DNA of 64,000 bases, taken from the NCBI GenBank assembly GCA_002269645.1, contig NIVC01001370.1:215297-279296 (forward strand). Reading direction: 5' to 3'. The position numbers were made by a program, and so were the translations under genes. Below are positions 1 through 12,210 of this stretch, in pieces. The notes under the pieces are model-generated. The model saw nothing but the letters and a program-made list of their open reading frames with translations. It was not told where the DNA came from and did no database searches. The first letter of the stretch is position 1. The number at the start of each line of letters is the position of its first letter. The stretch comes from Macrostomum lignano. Lineage: Eukaryota.

Positions 1-1187
1 CTCTGCATGCCGTGCGATCCGTCATCCCGCCGTTCTATTGGCCCGTCGGGCAGCTCAGCGGAGAAGGCGGGCCAGCCGCAGCCGGAGTTGAACTTAGCAT
101 CGGAAGAGAACAGCGGCTTTGAGCAGCAGACGCATTCGTACGTGCCCGGCTTAAAATGCTTGTCGTATTGACCGGAGTAGGCCGGCTCCGTGCCGCGTTG
201 CCTAGCAACCCGATACGCTTCCGGCGATAATTGTTGCCGCCATTCGGCGTCAGTCTTCTGCTTTGGATCGCTGCTTTTGCTTTCGGAAGAGGACATATTT
301 TGTAGCTAAGCAGAAATCGAAATATTTTGATATGGGTAAACGGCGAGAGTAACATTGAATACAATCAGATAGACAAGAGCTTCGCCAGCTTATCAGACAA
401 AAGTACTACAAATTTGATGGAACAAGAGTTTCTATTCAGGGTAAACAGCGGGAGCAACTATGACTGCAATTAGATAGTCAAGTGCTTCGGCATATAAAGA
501 GTATCAGAAAATAATTTTTTGATGTCAGGGACAAATTTTTCCCAGGGATACTCGCTATCAAATCACTTACGGCTGGGTAAACAGCGCATACAGTTAGTTC
601 ACTGACTACGCCTGTATCTAGAAAATGATTAATTAATCGAAAAAAACCCAAAAAAAGATGCTCCTAAGAGATGCACAAACTACACCAACATATATTTAAA
701 GACAGTTATAAACACGAATTAGGACACGAAAAAATTAGCTCGTAAATAAACAAATGCAGCTACTCGGCAGTAGCATGAACAGATTTTTCACTACTAATTT
801 CGACAATTACTAGAAAAAATATGTGAACACGCATAAATGTGAAATTAGTGCAATCGTGTTTCTTTTTTAGTTGGCAAAGGAAGCTTAATGCACAAAGGTT
901 ACAAATGCTTATTTACTGTGTTGCTGATTGTAGCAAAACAAAGTTAAAATGCAACTCGGAAATTATATGAAAGTAATAGTAAAAAGATATTTGTCCTTAC
1001 CGAACATCCAAAAAGTAATTCATTTTCGACGTACAATGACACAAAATACAAAAAGGAAAATTCCATACTGTATATAAAAATCAGGACTAATTAGCGACAA
1101 AACAACTCGCAACAAAAACAATATATAGCTGTTTATGAATCAACGAATAAAATTTGACAGTATTTTCCATTTCGGTTTGTCTTAGAT

Positions 1188-1890
1188 CTAGCCGCCGCCA
1201 CCACTATCAATACTGACTAGCTTTTGATCTAGCCGCTATCATTATCAATACTGGCTAGTCTTTGATCTAGCCACCCCTATCATTATCAATCTGGCTAGTC
1301 TTTGATCTAGCCGCCGCTATCATTATCAATACTGGCTAGTCTTTGATCTAGCCGCCGCTATCATTATCAATACTGGCTAGTCTTTGATCTAGCCACCCCT
1401 ATCATTATCAATCTGGCTAGTCTTTGATCTAGCCGCCGCTATCATTATCAATACTGGCTAGTCTTTGATCTAGCCGCCGCCATCGCTATCAATACTAGCT
1501 AGTATTTTGATCTAGCCGCCGCTATCACTATCAATACTGGCTAGTCTTTGATCTAGCCGCCCCTATCATTATCAATCTGGCTAGTCTTTGATCTAGCCGC
1601 TGCTGTCACTATCAATAGTGGCTAGTCCTTGATCTAGCCGCCCCTTTTATTATCAATACTGGCTAGTCTTTGATCTAGCCGCTGCTGTCACTATCAATAG
1701 CGGCTAGTCCTTGATCTAGCCGCCCCTTTTATTATCAATACTGGCTAGTCTTTGATCTAGCCGCTGCTGTCACTATCAATACTGGCTAGTCTTTGATCTA
1801 GCCGCCCCTTTTATTATCACTACTGGCTAGTCTTTGATCTAGCCGCCCCTATAATTATCAATACTGGCTAGTCTTTGATCTAGCCACTAC
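1188..1890. repeat. 40-41 bp minisatellite with palindromic core GGCTAG-TCTTTGAT-CTAGCC
   Basis: About 17 tandem units of TGATCTAGCCGCCGCTATCATTATCAATACTGGCTAGTCTT. Confidence 0.95.
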
Positions 1891-2014
1891 TACTACCATA
1901 AAATCTGCCTTTAATCTCACGGCTGCTACCATTAACTCACAAAGGGACAATCCGCGATACAATTTAAAGTACATTCAAAACTGCCAGAGTTTATAAACTC
2001 CATGCAACTCAGAG

Positions 2015-2883
2015 CTAATCAAACATGATTAAACTGCTACTATCGCTGACATTAACGTTCCCTTCTCGGTCGGTGAGGTTGGAATTGACGGACTGGTCCA
2101 TTGCGTGTTGCTCCTCAGACTCCTCAGGCTGCTGGCTGCAGCTGCTCAGCCTATCCAGGCAGTCAGTCAATCGGCCGAATTCGGCTAAATCCGCATAGTA
2201 TCGTCGAATCGTTTCATCATGCGCAGATCTCAGTTTGCGCACAACAACGCGCGCCTGCCTGCCCGAGCCGTCGGCGTCGGCAATGGCAAACTTGCCAGAA
2301 ATATCATTAACTTGTTGAGCAAAATTTTTAGCCTCAGTTTTGGCGCCAAATTGAACTTCATAGGGCTCAGACTCCGCACTGCGCAGGTAGGCTACCACAT
2401 TCTTCAGGTAAGGATTATTGTCCGGCGGCTCCGCAATCCACGGCTGATTCCAGCGAAATTCCGGCTCACCAACGCGGCACGAATTTGCTGCCTCAAGCTG
2501 GCGCCGGCGCAGCTCCAAGAGTTTGCGGCAGGCCCGACTGTCGGCCTGAAAGCCGTTGAGCAGCACCCGCTCGGCCAGGTCGCGCAGCAGATTGGAATAG
2601 GCCAGCTGGAGATGCTGGCGCTCCTCGTCGGTTGTGCCCGACCGCGACACCTGCTGGCCTAGCGAGTCGATTAGGCGATGAAATCGTTGCCAAAGCTCGT
2701 CGGATTGGACGGCGTGAAGGAAATCCACGAGTTCGATCAGATTCTCATTAGCGAATGAGCGCTGGCTAAGGTAGGACCATTTTTCCTGGGACATTGTCAG
2801 GCGGAACTCGCCTCGGCGATAACGGCTCTCCGCTGACTGCAGCAGGCTGTCCACCAGGGTGCAAAGCAGACGCCGGCCACCGC
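2015..2883 (-). CDS. 2OG-Fe(II) oxygenase-like protein, exon 6 (last)
   Basis: Acceptor CTCAAATGTCAG| in phase 1 matches the exon 5 donor; CCCTAAC branch-like site upstream; frame open to stop at 2015-2017. Confidence 0.75.
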
Positions 2884-2989
2884 CTGACATTTGAGTCGCA
2901 TGCGGATGGCAAGTGTTAGGGCATATTTGGCTAAGGCATTTCTGGTTCCGCCTCCTTACATTCCTTTTACATACCTTATGACTTCAGTC

Positions 2990-3610
2990 TTCATACTTAG
3001 CTCGCTCCCCATCTCTGCCTTCTGTTCTCACGTGTTTCCTTGTTTCTCTTCTCATGCCTCCCCACTTCCTTCCCGTGTCTCTATTCTCTATAGTATCTCT
3101 CCCTCTCTCGCTTTCCACCTCTCCCCTCTCTTGCCGTCTCTCCCCTCTCCTTCCCATCTCTCCACTCTTCCTGTCTCTCCCCTATCTCGCTTCACATCTC
3201 TCCCATCTCTTGCCATCTCTCCCCTCTCCTTCCCATCACTCCACTCTCTCGCTTCCCACCTCTCCCCTCTTCCTTTCTCTCCCCATCTCGCTTCTCATCT
3301 CTCCCATCACTTGCCATTGCTCCCCTCTCCTTCCCATCTCTCCACTCTCTTGCTTCCCACCTCTCCCCTCTCCTTCCCATCTCTCCCCTCTCTTGCCATC
3401 TTTCCCCTCTCTTGCCATCTCTCCCCTCTCTTGCCATCTTTCCCCTCTGCTTCCCATATCTCCCCTCTCTTGCCATCTTTCCCTTCTGCTTCCCATATCT
3501 ACCCTCTTTCCCCTCTCCTCCCCATCTCTTCCCTCTCTCCCCATCTCTTCCCTCTCCTTCCCATCTCTCCCCTCTCCTTCCATATCATTCCCATGTCTCT
3601 CGCCTCTTCC
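2990..3610. repeat. CT-rich low-complexity repeat (intron 5)
   Basis: Degenerate CTCTCCCCTCTCTTGCCAT-like units. Confidence 0.9.
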
Positions 3611-3624
3611 CGTTCTCAGCTTAC

Positions 3625-3935
3625 TTGACTGCCGGGACCGGCCAGCCAGAAACGATCGCAAAGTTTTAGCAATAAAACTAGCAGAGTTAGCCACGCTCAT
3701 GTTAACAAAGTCCACCAGCCTGCGACAGAGGCCCTCGTGCTCGCAGGCCAGCAGACACTGCAGGCCGAATCGGACAGTGGGATTGTCCCCCCTGCCCGCA
3801 TTGTTGTTGCCATCGCGGGCGGCCACTGCGCCGCTAGTGGCCGATTCAAGCGCTCGAATCAGCAGCACGGCCAGCGGCTGCGGCAGCGCGGTGGAACTGC
3901 AGGCGCTGACGGCAGCCTCCAGACTGGGGCACCAT
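3625..3935 (-). CDS. 2OG-Fe(II) oxygenase-like protein, exon 5
   Basis: Acceptor ACCCTCAG| (phase 2), donor TCAA|GTAAG (phase 1); peptide WCPSLEAAVSACS...FLAGRSRQS. Confidence 0.7.
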
Positions 3936-4003
3936 CTGAGGGTGATCGTTGGCTGAGCTGCTCAAGAGGCATTCGTGTGTGCGACATTGTAGCAATAGGA
4001 GTG

Positions 4004-4079
4004 ACAGACAGACACTAAGACAGACAGACAGGCACTAAGACAGACAGTAAGACAGACAGACAGACAGACAGACAGAGAA

Positions 4080-4172
<93 letters not shown>

Positions 4173-4175
4173 GAA

Positions 4176-4222
<47 letters not shown>

Positions 4223-4250
4223 CACAGACACACGGACAGGCACGCACACA
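4004..4250. repeat. (CAGA)n microsatellite (intron 4)
   Basis: Direct inspection. Confidence 0.97.
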
Positions 4251-4257
4251 AACAGAC

Positions 4258-4634
4258 CTGGCCAGGTAGGTGAGGTGGGCAGAGGGCACGGCGCGCATCA
4301 GCCTCAGCATGCTGGTCTCCATAGCGGGCCAGCCGAACCTGGCAGCCAATCCGTACAGCCGGTCAGCCGTGGTGACGTTGCGGACGCCCAGACAGACCAT
4401 CTGGCCGTGGGAGGCCGGCATCTCCCTGGCCAGGACTTCGCCAACGAATTTATTGGCCAGACTGGCGTCGTCGAGCTGGCCGAGGACGCGGAGCAGTTCA
4501 GCGTCAGCCGGCACCTTCAATGAGCGCCGCAGTCTGGGCCAGTCGGTCTCGCTGGCGAACGCGTCAAGCAGACAGCGCATCATAACTTGCAGGCCGGGAT
4601 CGCAGCGGCGACCGAAATGAAGGGTTAAGCTGAC
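4258..4634 (-). CDS. 2OG-Fe(II) oxygenase-like protein, exon 4
   Basis: Acceptor TTTTTATCGCAG| (phase 0), donor GCCAG|GTCTGT (phase 2); helical peptide [24 protein letters not shown] resembles the C-terminal extension of this family. Confidence 0.75.
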
Positions 4635-4694
4635 CTGCGATAAAAATGAGACCAGTGAGAACTTCAGGATACCAATGAGACCTTCAGGTCTATT

Positions 4695-5280
4695 CAAGGA
4701 CTACAGGATACTATCCAAGGAGTACAGGATAACTATCCAAGGAGTACAGGATAACTATCCAAGGAGTACAGGATAACTATCCAAGGACAACAGGATACTA
4801 TCCAAGGACTACAGGATACTATTTAAGGATTACAGGATACTACTCAAGGACTACAATATTCTATTCAAGGACAACAGGATACTATCCAAGGACTACAGGA
4901 CACTATCCAAGGACTACAGGATACTATCCAATGACTACAGGATACTATCCAAGGACTACAGGATAACTATCCAAGGACTACAGGATACTATTCAAGGACT
5001 ACAGGACACTATTCAAGGACTACAGGATGCTATCCAAGGACTACAGGATACTATCCAAGGACTACGGGATACTATTCAAGGACTACAGGATAACTATTCA
5101 AGGACTACAGGATAACTATTCAAGGACTACAGGATACTATTCAAGGACTACAGGACACTATTCAAGGACTACAGGATACTATTCAAGGACTACAGGACAC
5201 TATTCAAGGACTCCAGGACACTACTCAAGGACTACAGGACACTATTCAAGGACTCCAGGACACTACTCAAGGACTATAGG
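4695..5280. repeat. 20-21 bp minisatellite CAAGGACTACAGGATACTAT(C/T) (intron 3)
   Basis: Direct inspection. Confidence 0.95.
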
Positions 5281-5308
5281 ATGCCTCTGAAACCCTTAGA
5301 ACCCGCAC

Positions 5309-5876
5309 CAAAGCGCTTAGGCCGCAGCCGCGGGCCAAATCAAAGCTCCGTTCAGCCGGCCAGGCAACCAGGGCGAACTGTTTAGCGTCGGTTGCTATAG
5401 CAGCCGCGTCGGCAACCGGATCCGCGTCGGCGTTCATAAGCTCGTCGCGATCGAGCTGCAACTCGGACACTCGCATTCCGCACACGTACTCGAACAGCGC
5501 CCCGTCCAGGCTGTAGAAATGCTTGAAAGACAGGAATTCCACTGGCGGCGTTGCGCCGGCAAGCGCCGCTGAGATGCCGGCCATTGGCTGGCTGAGTGAC
5601 GCGGCGGCGTCGCGGGCGTTCAAATCGCCATCGGCTGCGGCCACTTCAACCAGCAGCGGAACTGTAGCCTGGGTGGCTGCCGATTCCGGCGCCTGCTGCG
5701 GCTGTTGCTGTTGCTGCTGCAGCTGGCGACGCCGCCGATAGGCGCTATCGCGCCGTTCGCGCCAGTCCGGCTGCAGCAAGGCGATGAAGCATTCCAGCTT
5801 CACGCGACTTGGCCATTCCTCTTGCAGTAGGCGCAACACGTAACGATCTTCCCCTTGTAGAGCGGCGGCGCCGTCC
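5309..5876 (-). CDS. 2OG-Fe(II) oxygenase-like protein, exon 3
   Basis: Acceptor CCCCAG| (phase 2); peptides AAALQGEDRYVLRLL, LSFKHFYSLDG, ALVAWPAERSF. The donor could be at 5309, 5303 or 5294 (all phase 0). Confidence 0.75.
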
Positions 5877-5880
5877 CTGG

Positions 5881-5922
5881 GGTAGTAGTAGTAGTAGTAG
5901 TAGTACTCGTAGTAGTGGTAGC

Positions 5923-5965
<43 letters not shown>

Positions 5966-6577
5966 ATAATAATAATAGTAGTAGTAGTAGTAGTAGTGTT
6001 AGTAGTAGTAGTGTTAGTAGTGTTGGTAGTAGTAGTAGTAGTAGTGGTAGCAGTAGTAGTAGTAGTAGTAGTAATAATAATAATAGTAGTAGTAGTAGTA
6101 GTAGTGTTAGTAGTGGTAGCAGTAGTAGTAGTAGTAGTAATAATAGTAGTAGTAGTAGTAGTAGTAGTGTTAGTAGAGGTAGTAGTAGTAGTAGTAGTGT
6201 TAGTAGAGGTAGTAGTAGTGGTAGCAGTAGTAGTAGTAGTGGTAGCAGTAGTAGTGGTAGCAGTAGTAGCAGTAGTAGTAATAGTAGTAGTAGTAGTAGT
6301 AATGGTAGTAGTAGTAGTAGCAGCAGCAGTTGTAGTAGCAGTAGTAGTGGTAGCAGTAGCAGTAGTAGCAGTAGTAGTAGTAGTAGTAGTAGTTGTAGCA
6401 GTAGTAGTAGTAATGGTAGTAGTAGTAGTAGCAGCAGCAGTTGTAGTAGCAGTAGTAGTGGTAGCAGTAGCAGTAGTAGCAGTAGTAGTAGTAGTAGTAG
6501 TAGTAGTAGTTGTAGCAGTAGTAGTAGTAGTAGTAGTTGTTGTTGTTGTAGCAGCAGTAGTAGTAGTAGTAGTAGTA
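5881..6577. repeat. (TAG)n trinucleotide microsatellite filling intron 2
   Basis: Direct inspection; interspersed CAG, TAA, TGG and TTG variants. Confidence 0.97.
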
Positions 6578-6589
6578 CCTGCTTCTTAC

Positions 6590-6828
6590 CTGGCCATCTG
6601 CTCAACCGTATAGCGACCTCGCAGAGCCCAAGCAATCCGAACAGCCGGAAAATCCGGTTCAGCTAGGTGCTTCAACAATTCAGCAATATCCTCTCGAGGA
6701 GACGGAGTTCCCGTTTGCTGTTGTTGCTGTTGCTGCTGCTGCTGCGTTGGCGAACTGCGGTAGCCGTCTGCGATGACAGCAAACTGTAACAGCAGCTGAC
6801 AGCCGGAGGTCATTCGCTCGAGTTTGAG
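6590..6828 (-). CDS. 2OG-Fe(II) oxygenase-like protein, exon 2
   Basis: Acceptor TTCTTATTCTGCAG| (phase 0), donor GCCAG|GTAAGA (phase 2); LKLERMTSGCQLLLQFAV corresponds to the last DSBH strands (family pattern HEVxPVTSGxRxxLxYNL). Confidence 0.8.
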
Positions 6829-6984
6829 CTGCAGAATAAGAAGGGAATTTAATTAACTGAACATTTTGCTACCTTTACATTTCTGACTGTCTTAGTAGTG
6901 CTGCTGTCCAGGTGTCTAAATATGTGTCTACATGTTTGTAAGTACCTACAAGCCTCTCTGTTTTATTGTCTGCCTGGTGTCTCT

Positions 6985-8660
6985 CTTAATGTCTGTCTTG
7001 GTGTCTGCATTGGTGTCTGTCTTGGTGTCTGCATTGGTGTCTGTCTTGGTGTCTGCATTGGTGTCTGTCTTGGTGTCTGCATTGGTGTCTGTCTTGGTGT
7101 CTGTCTTGGTGTCTGCCTTGGTGTCTGTCTTGGTGTCTGTCTTGGTGTCTGTCTTAGAATCTGTCTTGGTGTCTGCATTGGTGTCTGTCTTGGTGTCTGC
7201 ATTGGTGTCTGTCTTGGTGTCTGCATTGGTGTCTGCATTGGTGTCTGTCTTGGTGTCTGCCTTGGTGTCTGCATTGGTGTCTGTCTTGGTGTCTGTCTTA
7301 GCATCTGTCTTGGTGTCTGCATTGGTGTCTGTCTTGGTGTCTGTCTTGGTGTCTGCATTGGTGTCTGTCTTGGTGTCTGCATTGGTGTCTGTCTTGGTGT
7401 CTGTCTTAGTGTCTGTCTTAGCATCTGTCTTGGTGTCTGCATTGGTGTCTGTCTTGGGGTCTGCATTGGTGTCTGTCTTGGTGTCTGCATTGGTGTCTGT
7501 CTTGGTGTCTGCATTGGTGTCTGTCTTGGTGTCTGTCTTAGCATCTGTCTTGGTGTCTGCATTGGTGTCTGTCTTGGTGTCTGCATTGGTGTCTGTCTTG
7601 GTGTCTGTCTTAATGTCTGCATTGGTGTCTGTCTTGGTGTCTGTCTTGGTGTCTGCATTGGTGTCTGTCTTGGTGTCTGCATTGGTGTCTGTCTTGGTGT
7701 CTGCATTGGTGTCTGTCTTGGTGTCTGTCTTGGTGTCTGTCTTGGTGTCTGCATTGGTGTCTGTCTTGGTGTCTGCATTGGTGTCTGTCTTGGTGTCTGT
7801 CTTAATGTCTGCATTGGTGTCTGTCTTGGTGTCTGTCTTGGTGTCTGCATTGGTGTCTGTCTTGGTGTCTGTCTTAGCATCTGTCTTGGTGTCTGCATTG
7901 GTGTCTGTCTTGGTGTCTGTCTTGGTGTCTGCATTGGTGTCTGTCTTGGTGTCTGCATTGGTGTCTGTCTTGGTGTCTGTCTTGGTGTCTGTCTTAGCAT
8001 CTGTCTTGGTGTCTGCATTGGTGTCTGTCTTGGGGTCTGCATTGGTGTCTGTCTTGGTGTCTGCATTGGTGTCTGTCTTGGTGTCTGCATTGGTGTCTGT
8101 CTTGGTGTCTGTCTTAGCATCTGTCTTGGTGTCTGCATTGGTGTCTGTCTTGGTGTCTGTCTTGGCGTCTGTCTTGGTATCTGCATTGGTGTCTGTCTTA
8201 ATGTCTGTCCTGGTGTCTGTCTTGGTGTCTGCATTGGTGTCTGTCTTGGTGTCTGTCTTAGCATCTGTCTTGGTGTCTGCATTGGTGTCTGTCTTGGTGT
8301 CTGCATTGGTATCTGCATTGGTGTCTGCATTGGTGTCTGTCTTAATGTCTGTCCTGGTGTCTGTCTAAGCATCTGTCTTGGTGTCTGCATTGGTGTCTGC
8401 ATTGGTGTCTGTCTTGGTGTCTGTCTTAATGTCTGTCCTGGTGTCTGTCTTGGTATCTGCATTGGTGTCTGTCTTAATGTCTGTCCTGGTGTCTGTCTTA
8501 GGATCTGTCTTGGTGTCTGCATTGGTGTCTGTCTTGGTGTCTGTCTTGGTGTCTGCATTGGTGTCTGTCTTAGCATCTGTCTTGGTGTCTGCATTGGTGT
8601 CTGTCTTGGTGTCTGCCTTGGTGTCTGTCTTAATGTCTGGCCTGGTGTCTGTCTTGGTGT
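6985..8660. repeat. 12-bp minisatellite GGTGTCTGTCTT / GGTGTCTGCATT (intron 1)
   Basis: About 140 units; the source of the CLGV, VSVL and QTPR ORFs. Confidence 0.97.
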
Positions 8661-8811
8661 CTCTTAATTTGTCTTGATATCGGTTTTAGTGACGCTTTCA
8701 ATGCCTACCCTAGTGTTTTGTCTTGATGTCTGTACTAATGCAAGTCTTGGTGTTTGTCTCAATGCCTGTCTTACTGTCTTAGCGCCAGCCCGTCTGCCAC
8801 AGTTCACTCAC

Positions 8812-9801
8812 ATCAGCGCCAACTCCAGTTTGATCGCAGGGCAGGCAAACGTAGCTGCAATTGAAAGTCTCAGTAGCTGCACCAACAGACGATTCAGACG
8901 AATCATCCGCCCGAGGCTGCTCGCGGCAGTCGACAGACAGATCGGCCTGAGCGGACACCGCGGCCGCATCGTCTCCCAGCTCCAACAGGCGGCCAGCAAC
9001 GCTCAGCCGGCCGCCGGAAAACAGCGACGGCGGTCTAATCAACAAAATCGCCAACGGAGCCTGGCAAGAAAAGTTTCGCTCGTTATTGTCGCCGTTGTCA
9101 CCGCTGAGACAAGCCTCGGCCAGGTCGGTAGCTCCGCGAACGTCGCCAGCCGTCAGAGCGACCGCCGCTTGAGCCGGGTCGCAGCCGGCCTCCAGCACTA
9201 GCAGGCGGAGGAACTCGCAACGCCAACGCGGCGACAGATCGGCGATAGCATCGTCGCCGCCATATCTGACGCCGTAGATTGAGCTGGCGGCTGACGCGGC
9301 CAGAGACTGCACAGCCGGCAGGAATGCGGCATTGTTGAACTCCACACGATCCTGGCACGCCTGAGACACTCCGACGGCAGCAATGGACGACTCGACGCAT
9401 TCGGCCTCTTTGTCGAGCTGCTGCGAACTCGACAAGAATCGAATAACTACAGGCTCGCAGCAGGTTGCCAACAGTTCGAAAGTGACCGGAGACGGCACCA
9501 GCGGCAGCGGAACCGACTGATCGGAGATGGACAGGCCAGGGGCCGAGGGCACTTCGCTAGCCGAGCCAGCTTTGAATGCTTTCACCGCGCGCAATCCAAC
9601 TGAGAGTCCTTGAGCAGTCAGAGTCGGACTAGTTGTCCTGCCAGTTGGCACATGCTCCGACACACGTCTGGCCGCCCTAGCGGCGAATGCTATCGATAAT
9701 CGTTGACGAAATGCGGCGCGCTCCTCGGACGGACTGATTAAACGGGCTCTCTTCGCATCCGGAGGCGATGATGAGGAATGGTTGGTAGGCGAGTCTGGCA
9801 T
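8812..9801 (-). CDS. 2OG-Fe(II) oxygenase-like protein, exon 1 (330 codons)
   Basis: ATG at 9801, donor GAT|GTGAGT (phase 0); motifs APGLSISDQSVPLPL, DRVEFNNAAF, CEFLRLLVLEAG and LAILLIRPPSLFSGGRLSV match the 2OG-FeII_Oxy_3-type family as recalled. Confidence 0.75.
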
Positions 9802-10249
9802 TCTCTAACTGTATTGATAATTGCTGCAAATATTACAGAAAACTGATTTAAATAACTGCAAATAGAAACTGCAGACCTACGAGCTACAAAAGTAACATTA
9901 AAAAGTGCGAGATCAAAGTCCAGATAAAATGCTTCGATTTACTGCATTGCTGCTAAATATTTATATTTTAAAAGATACTTCTAACGTGGCCACGTAAAGA
10001 AGACATGAATGTTTATAAAGCAACATGTGTGTCCGCGTTTTTCTTACCAGCTAGGCTACTACAGTATGTATCTTCACGCAATTGAAAATGCTTGCAAGGA
10101 AACTTCAAGTAATTAAATCGCATTAATCACCGTAAAACTGCTGCAATGATGGCAAATCTGATGACAAGTTGCTACTACTATTAGAATTGAAGGCTATAAA
10201 AAGCATCTCATTCTTCATCCAAGCCAAGGAAGCAAACTAAGGATACCGG

Positions 10250-10960
10250 TAATCTCACCCTCTGTATTGGATAACCTCACTCGATTCTGTATATTTGATA
10301 ATCTCAGCCTGGACATCCTCCTGTATCGGGTAATCCCATTCTATAAATAAAATAATCCAATCCAGTACACCGGACAATCTCACCCTGTATACCGGAAAAT
10401 CTCACCCTGTATACCTGATAATCTCACCCTGTATACCGGATAATTTCACCCTGTACAGCGGATGATCTCACCCTGTACATCGGATAATCGCACCCTGTAT
10501 ATCGGATAATCTCACCCTATAAATCGATCAAATAGTCTCACCCTGTACATCGGATAATCTCACCCTGTATATCAGATAATCTCACCCTACAAATCTAATA
10601 GTCTCACCCTGTACATCGGATAATCGCACCCTGTATATCGGATAATCTCACCCTATAAATCGATCAAATAGTCTCACCCTGTACATCGGATAATCTCACC
10701 CTGTATATCAGATAATCTCACCCTACAAATCTAATAGTCTCACCCTGTACATCGGATAATCGCACCCTGTATATCGGATAATCTCACCCTATAAATCGAT
10801 CAAATAGTCTCACCCTGTACATCGGATAATCTCACCCTGTACATCAGAAAATCTCACCCTACAAATCGAATAGTCTCACCCTGTAAATCGGATAATCTCA
10901 CCCTGTACATCGGATAATCTCACCCTATAAACCGAATAGTCTCACACTGTATATCGGAAA
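10250..10960. repeat. ~22-bp minisatellite CTCACCCTGTACATCGGATAAT with longer variant units
   Basis: Direct inspection. Confidence 0.9.
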
Positions 10961-11114
10961 ACAAAGCTATCAAAATCCCACTGTCTATCAAAGTCAGTCA
11001 ACCATAATAACCTTCACTCTACTGCTGTTTATATTAAAGGCAGATAATTTACAAGAAAGTAAAATTTGGCAGACGAGAATAGCGAACAAAGGAAATAAAA
11101 CAAAGTACAAATCG

Positions 11115-12210
11115 CTACAACAGACAGGCCAGCGCGTGCCTATAAGCCTGGCACCGATGGCTGGCAGACACCAGCACCAGGTCCCGATCGACGCACAGAT
11201 TCAATTGATCGTGCTCGCGCCATCGAAACTTCGAACCCAATTGTAAACTGGCCAATAACTGGTGACTTTTACTATCGAACAGGTGTACGCTGCCTTCAAA
11301 GCACTCTCTGCCGGGATGGTACTGTCCGCACAGAATAGCCAGCACGCCTAATTCGTCTTCGTAGTCAACACAATGAACCGAGCGAGGATTAAAAAAGAAT
11401 CCATCGTTGTGGGCCTCCCGATGCCGCTGTCGGACCAGCCGGCCAGATCGAGTGGCAGCTTCGCCAGACCGAATCTGCTGCTCCATCTCGGCCTCGAATT
11501 GAAATTCGGTTACTAAGCAATCTTCTGTAGCTTTCAATACGCTGACAGAGTGCAGCTGAGTCAGTATGATCCTGCCAGACTCGTCTGGGTGAAATGCAAC
11601 TAGGCGATTAGTGTCGGAATCGGCGTGCTCTGGAACGGTCAGTTCGAGTCGCTTGGTAGCATTTGGGCCAGTTTTAACTAGCGGCTCAATCAAGAACAGG
11701 CCGGTATTGCCGTTGCTTCTGCTGCTACTATTGGCTGCTTTTAGTAGCAAATTATTATTACTATAGCTACAAGCAGGCGGCGAATACAGTACATGCCAAG
11801 GCGATTTGCCGAATTCGGCTTCGCTCTGATCGCAGTCCAGCTCAAACAGGCAGGGAGGCAGGCGGCTCACAAGATAGCGAGTCACTCTGAGCTGGCCATT
11901 GTCTAATTCAAATGGCGCCAAGCCATCCAGCACAGCAGCCTCGGACAGGATCTGGTCCATATTGTACATGCGCACAGACCTGCCCGAACAGTGCACTATT
12001 AGTGCGCCTTGAACGGCCCGAATGTTTTTAGTGCCGCGAGGCGCCGCCGACGCTAAGACGCTGATTAAAGTGCCGAAGGCCAGAGCCGGAACGTCTAGGA
12101 TAAGAAAGCTTTTAATGATGCTTTGCTGCCGTTGCTGCTGTTGCTGAGAGCATAGCGTGGAGTCCAGCACAACAGAATAGCCGGCATCGTACCAGTCTAG
12201 GGCCACGAAT
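11115..12210 (-). CDS. DCAF17: DDB1- and CUL4-associated factor 17, last exon
   Basis: Motifs FGKSPWH, AFHPDESGRII, TRSGRLVR, VDYEDELGVL and DRDLVL match DCAF17; acceptor TTTGCAG| (phase 2). Confidence 0.9.

Noticed and set aside
1-364. 109-aa minus ORF and a GC-rich plus frame ending at ~171
   Set aside because: No recognisable motif; could be the tail of a gene outside the window but cannot be supported
1188-1890. CRISPR-like look (palindromic repeat plus ~21-nt spacer)
   Set aside because: The spacers are variants of one sequence, the context is eukaryotic, and there are no cas genes
3054-8677. Long poly-Leu/Ser/Val, CLGV, QTPR and SPL ORFs
   Set aside because: Stop-free readings of intronic tandem repeats
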